Part shown: piece by piece, positions 26,027 through 27,189 of the stretch
Layout of the letters: each line of letters begins with the position of its first letter
Position numbering within the stretch: position 1 is the first letter of the stretch
From: an uncultured Pseudomonadota bacterium
Lineage (GTDB): Bacteria; Myxococcota_A; Polyangia; Fen-1088
DNA length: 27,189 nucleotides
Direction of reading: 5' to 3'
NCBI GenBank assembly: GCA_963847705.1
Contig: CAWKBC010000031.1
Coordinates: 1-27,189, forward strand
The notes under the pieces: model-generated
Told to the model about the DNA's origin: nothing
Seen by the model: only the letters and a program-made list of their open reading frames with translations
Database searches by the model: none
Position numbers and translations under genes: made by a program

Positions 26027-26056
26027 TACTTACGCCCTCGGCGGCGCTCCCGTCAA
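26027..26056 (-). promoter_or_regulatory. Candidate promoter for tRNA-Ser(TGA)
   Basis: Minus-strand TTGACG, 18 bp and TAAGTA, 18 bp upstream of the tRNA. A TTGACG also lies upstream of tRNA-Arg (25197-25202). Confidence 0.4.
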
Positions 26057-26126
26057 CGTCAGCTGTGCGCTCGCGCCGAATCGACACCATGGAAAAGGTC
26101 CGCCGTGGCGGCCGCCAGGAGTAGAG

Positions 26127-27188
<1,062 letters not shown>

Positions 27189-27189
27189 C

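Overview
High-GC window of chromosomal backbone, most likely from a myxobacterium (Myxococcota). This is inferred from a RomR-like regulator, a TSP3/OmpA beta-barrel protein and Gly-rich lipoproteins. It opens with an exact 74-bp structured tandem repeat array (about 4.5 copies). Next come a DUF4142-like protein, hemD, a DUF192 lipoprotein, ligD (ligase plus polymerase domains with a 24-bp repeat linker), a cyclophilin, a PIN-PhoH protein and a Gly-rich lipoprotein. A tightly coupled six-gene minus-strand operon follows: lipoprotein, an Mpl ligase fused to a GNAT acetyltransferase, inositol monophosphatase, MobA, a GT-C-like membrane protein and a Cys-rich protein. After that are bamD, a TPR protein, a frameshifted truD, an ExbB/ExbD pair, a TraB-like barrel-TSP3-degenerate OmpA protein, a PP2C phosphatase, romR, a ChbG/HpnK deacetylase, an OPT transporter, three tRNAs (Arg-ACG, Ser-GCT, Ser-TGA) around an orphan lipoprotein, and the 3' part of lon. 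No transposase, integrase, phage gene or CRISPR array was seen. The most notable items are the Mpl-GNAT fusion, the 74-bp array, the ExbBD/TraB-like/PP2C/RomR cluster and the truD frameshift. All family calls come from motif recognition by eye, not database searches.
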